Assembly: GCA_965242525.1 (NCBI GenBank) | Contig: OZ251459.1 | Coordinates: forward strand, 736,001 to 800,000 | Source: an uncultured Candidatus Binatia bacterium | GTDB taxonomy: Bacteria > Desulfobacterota > Binatia > UBA9968 > JAJDTQ01 | Direction of reading: 5' to 3' | Length of the DNA stretch: 64,000 nucleotides | In this document: positions 18,990 through 30,211 of the stretch, piece after piece | Layout: every line of letters begins with the position of its first letter | Numbering within the stretch: position 1 is the first letter of the stretch | Made by a program: the position numbers and the translations under genes | The notes under the pieces: model-generated | Seen by the model: the letters and a program-made list of their open reading frames with translations, nothing else | The model's database searches: none | What the model was told of the DNA's origin: nothing

Positions 18990-21900
18990 GTTTCCGGGGC
19001 GATTGTTGCCCCGGCCTCATTGAAGCGACGCGAACCAGCCCTTCGCAGTCTCCGCACCGACACGCTCGTTTCCGGGGCGATTGTTGCCCCGGCCTCATTG
19101 AAGCATGCGCACCGTCCCCTCTTCCACGAAGTAGAAATGCGGAGGTTTCCGGGGCGATTGTTGCCCCGGCCTCATTGAAGCCGAGTGAGCAACCGGGACC
19201 CCACATCCGGGCCAACAGTTTCCGGGGCGATTGTTGCCCCGGCCTCATTGAAGCCCCGAGCACGGCACCGTGTGGATCCAGATGGTCCTCAGTTTCCGGG
19301 GCGATTGTTGCCCCGGCCTCATTGAAGCGCCGGCACCTTCCCGGTCGCGTCCAGCTCGCACACCGTTTCCGGGGCGATTGTTGCCCCGGCCTCATTGAAG
19401 CAGGCCCTCGATCACGCGGGCGGCCGAGGCCCAGCTCAGTTTCCGGGGCGATTGTTGCCCCGGCCTCATTGAAGCGCCGGCACCTTCCCGGTCGCGTCCA
19501 GCTCGCACACCGTTTCCGGGGCGATTGTTGCCCCGGCCTCATTGAAGCGAGGCCCGGGCCGGTCTCCCCGGACCGCGCTTCGATGTTTCCGGGGCGATTG
19601 TTGCCCCGGCCTCATTGAAGCGCTACTACTGGACGCGCTCCCCGAAGGGGCCGTGGAGTTTCCGGGGCGATTGTTGCCCCGGCCTCATTGAAGCAACTTG
19701 CGGGTGCTGATCGGGGAGCCCTGGCACAACTGTTTCCGGGGCGATTGTTGCCCCGGCCTCATTGAAGCGGCGTGGGCCTCCCCGCGGCCAGGATCAATGG
19801 CCCGTCCAGTTTCCGGGGCGATTGTTGCCCCGGCCTCATTGAAGCGCGTCTAAGGCACGTTCTCGGGGACGGCGCCCGGACGTTTCCGGGGCGATTGTTG
19901 CCCCGGCCTCATTGAAGCTTGGAGTTCCTCGATGAGGCCCGCTCCGTCGCTGCTGGTTTCCGGGGCGATTGTTGCCCCGGCCTCATTGAAGCTCGGGGAC
20001 GGCGCCCGGACCGCGTGACTCCCTCTTGACGGGTTTCCGGGGCGATTGTTGCCCCGGCCTCATTGAAGCTGCTGGTTCGACGAGACGGCGCATCGGTTCC
20101 TCGACGTGTTTCCGGGGCGATTGTTGCCCCGGCCTCATTGAAGCAACCAACCAGGGACCCTCTCCGAAGCCCGCGTCAGGTTTCCGGGGCGATTGTTGCC
20201 CCGGCCTCATTGAAGCCGGTTTCCGTGGGATGTTGTGCGAGGGTTGCGCGGGAAGTTTCCGGGGCGATTGTTGCCCCGGCCTCATTGAAGCGATGGGCGT
20301 CGCCGAGAGCCAGGGGTGGGCCTGGGACAAGGTTTCCGGGGCGATTGTTGCCCCGGCCTCATTGAAGCGAGAAGGGTACGAAGAACCGGCGCACCAGCAG
20401 CGGGGCGTTTCCGGGGCGATTGTTGCCCCGGCCTCATTGAAGCAGGGTAACTCGTCTACTGGGCAAGGACGTAGACGAGTTTCCGGGGCGATTGTTGCCC
20501 CGGCCTCATTGAAGCCGGACCTCTTCCACCAGCCGCTCCAGGGCGGCAGACGTTTCCGGGGCGATTGTTGCCCCGGCCTCATTGAAGCGTCGTTGATCGT
20601 GTTGCGGATGGCGTCCGGCATGATGTTTCCGGGGCGATTGTTGCCCCGGCCTCATTGAAGCTCCCGACGGCATGCTCTGCATCTCACCGCATCGCTCGCA
20701 GTTTCCGGGGCGATTGTTGCCCCGGCCTCATTGAAGCGTGCACTTCATCGCTCTCGACGTTGGTGGAGGCATGAAGTTTCCGGGGCGATTGTTGCCCCGG
20801 CCTCATTGAAGCCCCGGAGACGCAGATTCCCGAAATGGGTATCACCTTGGCGGGTTTCCGGGGCGATTGTTGCCCCGGCCTCATTGAAGCGCGTACGGCC
20901 TTGAGGATTTTGGCCCGATTTGCAATCGTTTCCGGGGCGATTGTTGCCCCGGCCTCATTGAAGCGGGAACTCTTCGGCGGCCTGTGCGAGCTTCCAATCG
21001 TTTCCGGGGCGATTGTTGCCCCGGCCTCATTGAAGCAGGAAGTCCTCGGACCGGCTGGAGGCATCGGGTACTGTTTCCGGGGCGATTGTTGCCCCGGCCT
21101 CATTGAAGCCGCGACTCCTCGCCGGTCCTCGCGGTCCGCCCGCATGTTTCCGGGGCGATTGTTGCCCCGGCCTCATTGAAGCGACGATGGCGCCTCCATG
21201 GATCCGCATGATCCCCTGGGTTTCCGGGGCGATTGTTGCCCCGGCCTCATTGAAGCTAGCCATCTATCGCTAGGTCCGGATGTAGTCATGGATGTTTCCG
21301 GGGCGATTGTTGCCCCGGCCTCATTGAAGCAGCGGGACGGACGGACGGCGCTGCACGGAGTGCGGGGTTTCCGGGGCGATTGTTGCCCCGGCCTCATTGA
21401 AGCACCGGCAAGGTAACCGGACTGCCAACCACGTACGCGCAGTTTCCGGGGCGATTGTTGCCCCGGCCTCATTGAAGCAGCATCACGTTCAGCCCAACGT
21501 TGCTATTCAGGTAGTGTTTCCGGGGCGATTGTTGCCCCGGCCTCATTGAAGCTGGGATTACTGTCTGAAGGGGAACGGGTATCTGCACGTTTCCGGGGCG
21601 ATTGTTGCCCCGGCCTCATTGAAGCTCAACATGGCAACCACCCGGTAACCACCCGGTAACGTTTCCGGGGCGATTGTTGCCCCGGCCTCATTGAAGCACT
21701 GCACGAGAGACCACATCCGCCGTTGCCTTCTCGTCGTTTCCGGGGCGATTGTTGCCCCGGCCTCATTGAAGCCGGGATGATGGGCTTCAGCTTGTCTATC
21801 AACCCCTCCAGTTTCCGGGGCGATTGTTGCCCCGGCCTCATTGAAGCGCGGCGCATATCTGGAGGCGGAATCTGGCGGGTCGGCTGTTTCCGGGGCGATT

Positions 21901-24900
21901 GTTGCCCCGGCCTCATTGAAGCCACGGAACCGCATTGGGTTTTCTACGACGTGAACGAACGTTTCCGGGGCGATTGTTGCCCCGGCCTCATTGAAGCACC
22001 ATCCCCTACTCTCCTTTCCCGTTTCGCCGCCGGAGTTTCCGGGGCGATTGTTGCCCCGGCCTCATTGAAGCACAAGAGATCATAGTGAGAGACACAATAC
22101 TACTGGACAGTTTCCGGGGCGATTGTTGCCCCGGCCTCATTGAAGCTGCAAAGCCCCCATGACGATCCGCCCCCACGCGGGGGTTTCCGGGGCGATTGTT
22201 GCCCCGGCCTCATTGAAGCTGCGCGGTGCCGCTCGAGTCGTACGCCAGCGCCCACAGTTTCCGGGGCGATTGTTGCCCCGGCCTCATTGAAGCAGAGAAA
22301 AGTGATCCACTGGAAACTCCTTCCTCGACCGTTTCCGGGGCGATTGTTGCCCCGGCCTCATTGAAGCGTCAGGAACGGGAAGGCGTCCAGGGCCGCGTAG
22401 TCGGTTTCCGGGGCGATTGTTGCCCCGGCCTCATTGAAGCGTCTCCGCCGACCGCCACCAGCCACAGGCCCGCGGCGTTTCCGGGGCGATTGTTGCCCCG
22501 GCCTCATTGAAGCCGTCGGGCGATCTCCGGAGCGCGCGCGATGTCCCCGGTTTCCGGGGCGATTGTTGCCCCGGCCTCATTGAAGCCCCCGGTTGGTGAT
22601 GTCGATGCGCACCACCACCCCCGTTTCCGGGGCGATTGTTGCCCCGGCCTCATTGAAGCAGGACAACCGGGGACTACGGCGACTGGATCGACATCGCGGG
22701 TTTCCGGGGCGATTGTTGCCCCGGCCTCATTGAAGCCAGGCCAGAGCGGTGAACCGGACGGGCGACGGAGCCGGGTTTCCGGGGCGATTGTTGCCCCGGC
22801 CTCATTGAAGCCGGGCGCCGCCCGCCACCCGCTCCGCTTGAAGTTGGCCTGTTTCCGGGGCGATTGTTGCCCCGGCCTCATTGAAGCGTCGAGGACCTCA
22901 AGCAGGTAGAGGGAGGAACCACATTGGTTTCCGGGGCGATTGTTGCCCCGGCCTCATTGAAGCACCCATTCCTCAAGTATCTTCAAGGGCTGGAAATGCG
23001 TTTCCGGGGCGATTGTTGCCCCGGCCTCATTGAAGCTTCTCGTCCACAACCGCACGGCGCAACACACCGGACAGTTTCCGGGGCGATTGTTGCCCCGGCC
23101 TCATTGAAGCGGGGTCAATGAGGGATGTAATGCAGGTAGATATAATCGTTTCCGGGGCGATTGTTGCCCCGGCCTCATTGAAGCTGCCAGCTGGCTCTGT
23201 GCGTCGATCATCGTGGCCTCCTAGTTTCCGGGGCGATTGTTGCCCCGGCCTCATTGAAGCAACTCATCCCCTGAGGGTCCTGTCGTCGTGAGCGTGAGTT
23301 TCCGGGGCGATTGTTGCCCCGGCCTCATTGAAGCGACTCATCCCCTGAGGGTCCTGTCGTCGTGAGCGTGGTTTCCGGGGCGATTGTTGCCCCGGCCTCA
23401 TTGAAGCTTTGCCTCGGCAAGCGTCTGGCCGCCTACTCCGCTGTGTTTCCGGGGCGATTGTTGCCCCGGCCTCATTGAAGCGAGGCCCGCCGCGGACGTC
23501 CATACGGCCCCGGCCGGGAGTTTCCGGGGCGATTGTTGCCCCGGCCTCATTGAAGCAGCAGCGTTCCCACTCCGGCCGCGGCGCCCGCGAGCCGTTTCCG
23601 GGGCGATTGTTGCCCCGGCCTCATTGAAGCCATCGGCTGACCCAGGCGGCGACGGTGCGGGTGACGGTTTCCGGGGCGATTGTTGCCCCGGCCTCATTGA
23701 AGCGGGGCCGCCGCCTACCGGTCCGGGGGGCGGTGGGGGTGTTTCCGGGGCGATTGTTGCCCCGGCCTCATTGAAGCACGGCAACCGACTCGACAGGCAC
23801 ACGATCCAGTTCGAGTTTCCGGGGCGATTGTTGCCCCGGCCTCATTGAAGCCCTGGCAACCTTTGTCCCAAGTCCACCCCTTCCAAACGTTTCCGGGGCG
23901 ATTGTTGCCCCGGCCTCATTGAAGCCATACTCAGGACGATACAACTTCAATACCCTGTTCCTGGTTTCCGGGGCGATTGTTGCCCCGGCCTCATTGAAGC
24001 GCGACCTCGGGCTCTCCGTCTCTCTCTGCTCTCTCGATGTTTCCGGGGCGATTGTTGCCCCGGCCTCATTGAAGCACGCCGTCCACCGTCCGCGTCCGGG
24101 GCGCGTCCTTCGTTTCCGGGGCGATTGTTGCCCCGGCCTCATTGAAGCCCGGCGCCGGGTCCGCTGGCGGCCGCGGCGCCGCCGAGTTTCCGGGGCGATT
24201 GTTGCCCCGGCCTCATTGAAGCGCTCGGACGATGCCGCTACAGAGTGGGCCAGACTGGAGTTTCCGGGGCGATTGTTGCCCCGGCCTCATTGAAGCATCG
24301 CCCGCGGCGACGTGGTCTACATGTGCATGGTGTTTCCGGGGCGATTGTTGCCCCGGCCTCATTGAAGCATTGCGGATCAGATCCCAGATCGGTTCCGTAT
24401 CCGCGTTTCCGGGGCGATTGTTGCCCCGGCCTCATTGAAGCCTGGCGTATCTCGATTCGGCTCGTGCTGGAGCAGGGGTGTTTCCGGGGCGATTGTTGCC
24501 CCGGCCTCATTGAAGCAACACCTTGACCGTAGCGAGCTGGCGGATGGGAGACGGTTTCCGGGGCGATTGTTGCCCCGGCCTCATTGAAGCGGTCATCCAC
24601 GACAGTGCCTGGCGGACGTACTCTTCGAGTTTCCGGGGCGATTGTTGCCCCGGCCTCATTGAAGCCCACCCGTAGATGTGGGTTCGCGCTCGTTGCTCCG
24701 AGTTTCCGGGGCGATTGTTGCCCCGGCCTCATTGAAGCATACAAGACTGTGACCTCCAACGAGCGACGGACGCCAGTTTCCGGGGCGATTGTTGCCCCGG
24801 CCTCATTGAAGCGCGGTGTTGCTCCACACCCTGCCGCGGCGGAGCTGGAGTTTCCGGGGCGATTGTTGCCCCGGCCTCATTGAAGCAACTCGGGCAGGGC

Positions 24901-27900
24901 CGCGTAGATCTCCCGCAGGTGGTTTCCGGGGCGATTGTTGCCCCGGCCTCATTGAAGCGGCGGGATCGTCGGGTTCGCGGTGGTCGGGTCTTCGGGGTTT
25001 CCGGGGCGATTGTTGCCCCGGCCTCATTGAAGCCGGCGGGCCGGTCCGTGGTGTCGAGACCGGCCCATCGTTTCCGGGGCGATTGTTGCCCCGGCCTCAT
25101 TGAAGCTCGCCCTGCCAGCCTAGGCTAGGCTAGGCGGTGCCCACGCGTTTCCGGGGCGATTGTTGCCCCGGCCTCATTGAAGCAGCGGGTCGTTCACCAC
25201 TCGGACCGGGGCCGCGATGTGTTTCCGGGGCGATTGTTGCCCCGGCCTCATTGAAGCGAGCCCACCCTGGTGTCCGACGAGGACGGACGCCCGGCCAGTT
25301 TCCGGGGCGATTGTTGCCCCGGCCTCATTGAAGCTGGGCGATCTGCACGGCGATCTGGACCATGACCTCCACGTTTCCGGGGCGATTGTTGCCCCGGCCT
25401 CATTGAAGCGACACGATCACAGGCGCGATAGCGAGACTGCGCGACGTTTCCGGGGCGATTGTTGCCCCGGCCTCATTGAAGCGAGGGCGGCTTCCTCCGC
25501 GGCGAGGCGCTGGCGCTCGGGTTTCCGGGGCGATTGTTGCCCCGGCCTCATTGAAGCCCCGGGACTCCAAAGAGAAAGGACATGGGGACGATGGGTTTCC
25601 GGGGCGATTGTTGCCCCGGCCTCATTGAAGCTGCGCGATCTTCTTCACATCGTCGGCGTCCCAAAACTGTTTCCGGGGCGATTGTTGCCCCGGCCTCATT
25701 GAAGCCGGAGACAGGAGGATGCGATATCCGCACTGTCGCGGGCGTTTCCGGGGCGATTGTTGCCCCGGCCTCATTGAAGCCACGTCGCGGAGCACACGGC
25801 CTCCGCGGCAGGCCGCCGTTTCCGGGGCGATTGTTGCCCCGGCCTCATTGAAGCGACATCGGGGAGGGGGGAGCAGACCTGTGCGCCACCGTGGTTTCCG
25901 GGGCGATTGTTGCCCCGGCCTCATTGAAGCGGCACCGGCACGCGGCGCGCCACCATGGCGCTGAGGCGTTTCCGGGGCGATTGTTGCCCCGGCCTCATTG
26001 AAGCAGCCGGCAGCGGTGGTGCTGCTCTGCGGGAGGCCAGTAGTTTCCGGGGCGATTGTTGCCCCGGCCTCATTGAAGCCCACACGGATAGATGTTGCTG
26101 GAGGTGCTCGATCGCGTTTCCGGGGCGATTGTTGCCCCGGCCTCATTGAAGCAATGAGGAATTTGCCAAACGCCTGAAGGAGATAGACAAGGTTTCCGGG
26201 GCGATTGTTGCCCCGGCCTCATTGAAGCTTAGGGTCTGGAAGATGTGCCCGTCAGAGAGGGTCTCGTTTCCGGGGCGATTGTTGCCCCGGCCTCATTGAA
26301 GCATAATGGGGTCCACCACGCTCAGCCGGATGCTCTCCCGGTTTCCGGGGCGATTGTTGCCCCGGCCTCATTGAAGCAGCCTGCAGCGGTGGTGCTGCTC
26401 TGCGGGAGGCCAGTGTTTCCGGGGCGATTGTTGCCCCGGCCTCATTGAAGCTAGCTCGCCTCGACCAGCCGCTGGCGGCAGCGCCCGGGTTTCCGGGGCG
26501 ATTGTTGCCCCGGCCTCATTGAAGCCTCCACCGTGAGGAGCCGCCGCGCAAGATCATCGGCGGGTTTCCGGGGCGATTGTTGCCCCGGCCTCATTGAAGG
26601 TTCGAAAGGTCCACACGCTCCACCTGATGGACCGAGGTTTCCGGGGCGATTGTTGCCCCGGCCTCATTGAAGGGCGCGGCGCTCCTTCTTGCGCCGCGCC
26701 GCCCGCTCCTGTTTCCGGGGCGATTGTTGCCCCGGCCTCATTGAAGGGCCGACAACCTCCGCCCCATCCTTGAACGCAAGGGATGGGTTTCCGGGACGAT
26801 TGTTGCCCCGGCCTCATTGAAGGCGTACCTCCCGCCTGTCCTTCCCAGTAGTGATAAATACCTGTTTCCGGGGCGATTGTTGCCCCGGCCTCATTGAAGG
26901 GTCCTATACGTCTAGTAGCTTCTTCTCTCTCCTTTCTACGTTTCCGGGGCGATTGTTGCCCCGGCCTCATTGAAGGCCGCGCCGCCGAAGGAGCAGTGGT
27001 AAACCAGCGGGGCGAGGTTTCCGGGGCGATTGTTGCCCCGGCCTCATTGAAGGGCCGCGGATGCGTCCGACAGGCCCGCCACCAGCGCGTGTTTCCGGGG
27101 CGATTGTTGCCCCGGCCTCATTGAAGGGGCGTCGGCCTTGTCGATGTCGAGCAGCATGAGGGGGGTTTCCGGGGCGATTGTTGCCCCGGCCTCATTGAAG
27201 GATGATCTGCATCATCTACCTCCTGTCCGGCCTTGTGGGTTTCCGGGGCGATTGTTGCCCCGGCCTCATTGAAGGGACAACAGGCGGACTGGCGAGGCAA
27301 TATCCGTCAGTGGTTTCCGGGGCGATTGTTGCCCCGGCCTCATTGAAGGTGGACGGCGCGCCTTTCGCGGACGGCTGGCACATTGTTTCCGGGGCGATTG
27401 TTGCCCCGGCCTCATTGAAGACTGGAATAGATACAACGCAAGCAGATCCAAGAGCGTTTCCGGGGCGATTGTTGCCCCGGCCTCATTGAAGGGGCGTTGA
27501 GCCTGGCGGAACACGGGCGGCGGGACTCCGGTTTCCGGGGCGATTGTTGCCCCGGCCTCATTGAAGGAACAGGTTTTTGTCGATGGGGGTCATGGGGTCT
27601 CTCGTTTCCGGGGCGATTGTTGCCCCGGCCTCATTGAAGGACGGCGGCGCACAGGCGCAAGGAGGCGGTAGCATGGTTTCCGGGGCGATTGTTGCCCCGG
27701 CCTCATTGAAGGCCCTTCCGTTGCGCCCGCCTACTCAACCGGACGATCCCGTTTCCGGGGCGATTGTTGCCCCGGCCTCATTGAAGGGAGTTCGGCGATA
27801 CGGAAGTCGTCGACCTCGGTGCGGTTTCCGGGGCGATTGTTGCCCCGGCCTCATTGAAGGCCGAGGATGGGGAAGACGCCCAGGCCGAAGCTGACGTTTC

Positions 27901-29413
27901 CGGGGCGATTGTTGCCCCGGCCTCATTGAAGGAGGACGTGCGCCGGGCCAAGCGGATCATGCAGCAGCGGTTTCCGGGGCGATTGTTGCCCCGGCCTCAT
28001 TGAAGGAGGACGTGCGCCGGGCCAAGCGGATCATGCAGCAGCGGTTTCCGGGGCGATTGTTGCCCCGGCCTCATTGAAGTGGCCTGGCGGCCGGCGATGA
28101 TGGACGGGACCGCGGAGTTTCCGGGGCGATTGTTGCCCCGGCCTCATTGAAGTGCCCCACCGTTCTATCGTATCAAGCCTGGCGTCTACGACGTTTCCGG
28201 GGCGATTGTTGCCCCGGCCTCATTGAAGTCGTGGGGGGCTGTGGCGACGGCGGAATACCTGCACCTGTTTCCGGGGCGATTGTTGCCCCGGCCTCATTGA
28301 AGTATTCCGGCAGGGGGGGCAAGGGTCAGGGACCAGGGCGTTTCCGGGGCGATTGTTGCCCCGGCCTCATTGAAGTAAGCTCGACTGGCTCGACTACTTC
28401 GGCGGCTACCTGGTTTCCGGGGCGATTGTTGCCCCGGCCTCATTGAAGTGCCGAAGCCTTGACCTTCCACTACCTCGAAGCCGACGAGTTTCCGGGGCGA
28501 TTGTTGCCCCGGCCTCATTGAAGTAGGTGTACTTACTCCGTAGGTTCGGGTATCACCCGAGTTTCCGGGGCGATTGTTGCCCCGGCCTCATTGAAGACTG
28601 CCGTGGGGTCTGCCGTCTTCGATGGCGTGCGCGGTTTCCGGGGCGATTGTTGCCCCGGCCTCATTGAAGCGGCCAGCCGATACGGGTCCACCACAGCCGG
28701 GTCATCGTTTCCGGGGCGATTGTTGCCCCGGCCTCATTGAAGACCGTTCCTGGGCAATCCAACCAACCGAGATCGGGCCTGTTTCCGGGGCGATTGTTGC
28801 CCCGGCCTCATTGAAGCGGCCAGCCGATACGGGTCCACCACAGCCGGGTCATCGTTTCCGGGGCGATTGTTGCCCCGGCCTCATTGAAGCTCGCCGTGCT
28901 CGCCGGGGAACAGGTCCTCGGTGACGGAGTTTCCGGGGCGATTGTTGCCCCGGCCTCATTGAAGCAGGATCGGGTACAGTTGTGTTGCCTCGCTCATCCC
29001 GCGGTTTCCGGGGCGATTGTTGCCCCGGCCTCATTGAAGCAGGAACGAGATCGCAGAGAAGCGCGAGCGGAAGCACCGGTTTCCGGGGCGATTGTTGCCC
29101 CGGCCTCATTGAAGCTCGTAGTCTACTAGCACTGTATCTCTGCAGATTATCACGTTTCCGGGGCGATTGTTGCCCCGGCCTCATTGAAGCCGAGGGTGTC
29201 TCCGAGCGGCGCCATCTCCATGTGCCCCGTTTCCGGGGCGATTGTTGCCCCGGCCTCATTGAAGCGGTTGCCAGGTAGAAGGTCCTGATGTCCCGCTGAC
29301 GCGTTTCCGGGGCGATTGTTGCCCCGGCCTCATTGAAGCACCGGGAAGGGACGCCTGTGGTAGCGGGAAGGAATGAGTTTCCGGGGCGATTGTTGCCCCG
29401 GCCTCATTGAAGC
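18990..29413 (+). CRISPR. CRISPR array, 141 repeats / 140 spacers (manual count); repeat GTTTCCGGGGCGATTGTTGCCCCGGCCTCATTGAAG(C), 36+1 nt; spacers ~35-41 nt
   Basis: Regular direct repeats with a CCGGGGC/GCCCCGG stem, adjacent to the cas genes. Confidence 0.99.
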
Positions 29414-29874
29414 CGCTGTCGACGGACAGAAGGAATGATTTGGCGCTATGTGGCGTGATGTGGCGCTAAGTGGCGCAGGGGTGGGGAGTTTCGAGGAAAT
29501 GGGCGGGGTTTGGGACGGACAGAATAAATGATCTTTTCGGGTAAAATGGTGTGAAAAAGGGGGTTTTTCGAGGGTTTTTCGGGGGGTTTCGGCCCCCCTT
29601 TTTCGTTGGGGTTTTCGGGGGTCGATGGCGGCGCGAGGTGGATGACGGCGGTGGGGTGGGGTTGGGATGGGTCCGGCAGGGAAGTCGGTGTCAGGGTTGG
29701 GTTGCGGGGATGCGCGGGGGCGGGTTCTGTCCCTGGGGGTGCAGGTCGGGGCGCGGACACGCGGGCGGGGCGCGGCCCTGGGGGATTTGTCAGGACGGCC
29801 ATCGACCGGCGGGGAGGTCGGTCGTCAGGGTTGGGGGCACGGGCATGCGGGGGGTGCGGGCCTGGGGGTGATGG

Positions 29875-30156
29875 TCAGTCGGGGTTGGCGTCGTGGGCGG
29901 CGAAGTACCAGGGGAACTTGGCGCGCCATTGCTCATCGGTCATGTCGTCGAGGGCCTCGAACTCCTCGTCGGACATGGCCTCCAGTTCTTCCATGAGGCG
30001 GACGTTCTCGGGGTGGCGCAGCAGGTACTCGTTGGTGAGGTCCTGGTCCCGCATCCGCTCTCCCAGGTCGGGGGCCGCCTCAGTGCCCCACTCGTGTTCG
30101 TGCTCGGCGAACCACTTCTTCGATTCTTCCACCCAGGCTCTGTCTTCGTCGGTCAT
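29875..30156 (-). CDS. small acidic protein, candidate immunity/antitoxin
   Basis: GGAGG RBS, 93 aa rich in D/E/W, directly downstream of the ART domain. Confidence 0.7.
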   Translation of the reverse strand: MTDEDRAWVEESKKWFAEHEHEWGTEAAPDLGERMRDQDLTNEYLLRHPENVRLMEELEAMSDEEFEALDDMTDEQWRAKFPWYFAAHDANPD

Positions 30157-30211
30157 CGCTTCCTCCTGGGACTGACCGGGCGCTTCGGCCCCCGCTTGGT
30201 CAGGTCGGGTC

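Noticed and set aside
21626-21660. Spacer 36 with an internal tandem repeat (AACCACCCGGT x2); spacer 83 similarly has CTAGG x3
   Set aside because: Most simply reflects repetitive target DNA; nothing further is testable here
18776-29300. Dozens of ORFs containing MRPGQQSPRK, FRGDCCPGLIEA or VSGAIVAPASLK
   Set aside because: Translations of the CRISPR repeat, not genes
19027-29376. Other self-targeting spacers within the window
   Set aside because: None found by eye apart from spacer 105; the scan was not exhaustive and needs a computed search
29446-29870. ORFs in the G-rich stretch after the array
   Set aside because: Low-complexity Gly/Pro/Arg translations without RBS; likely non-coding element end
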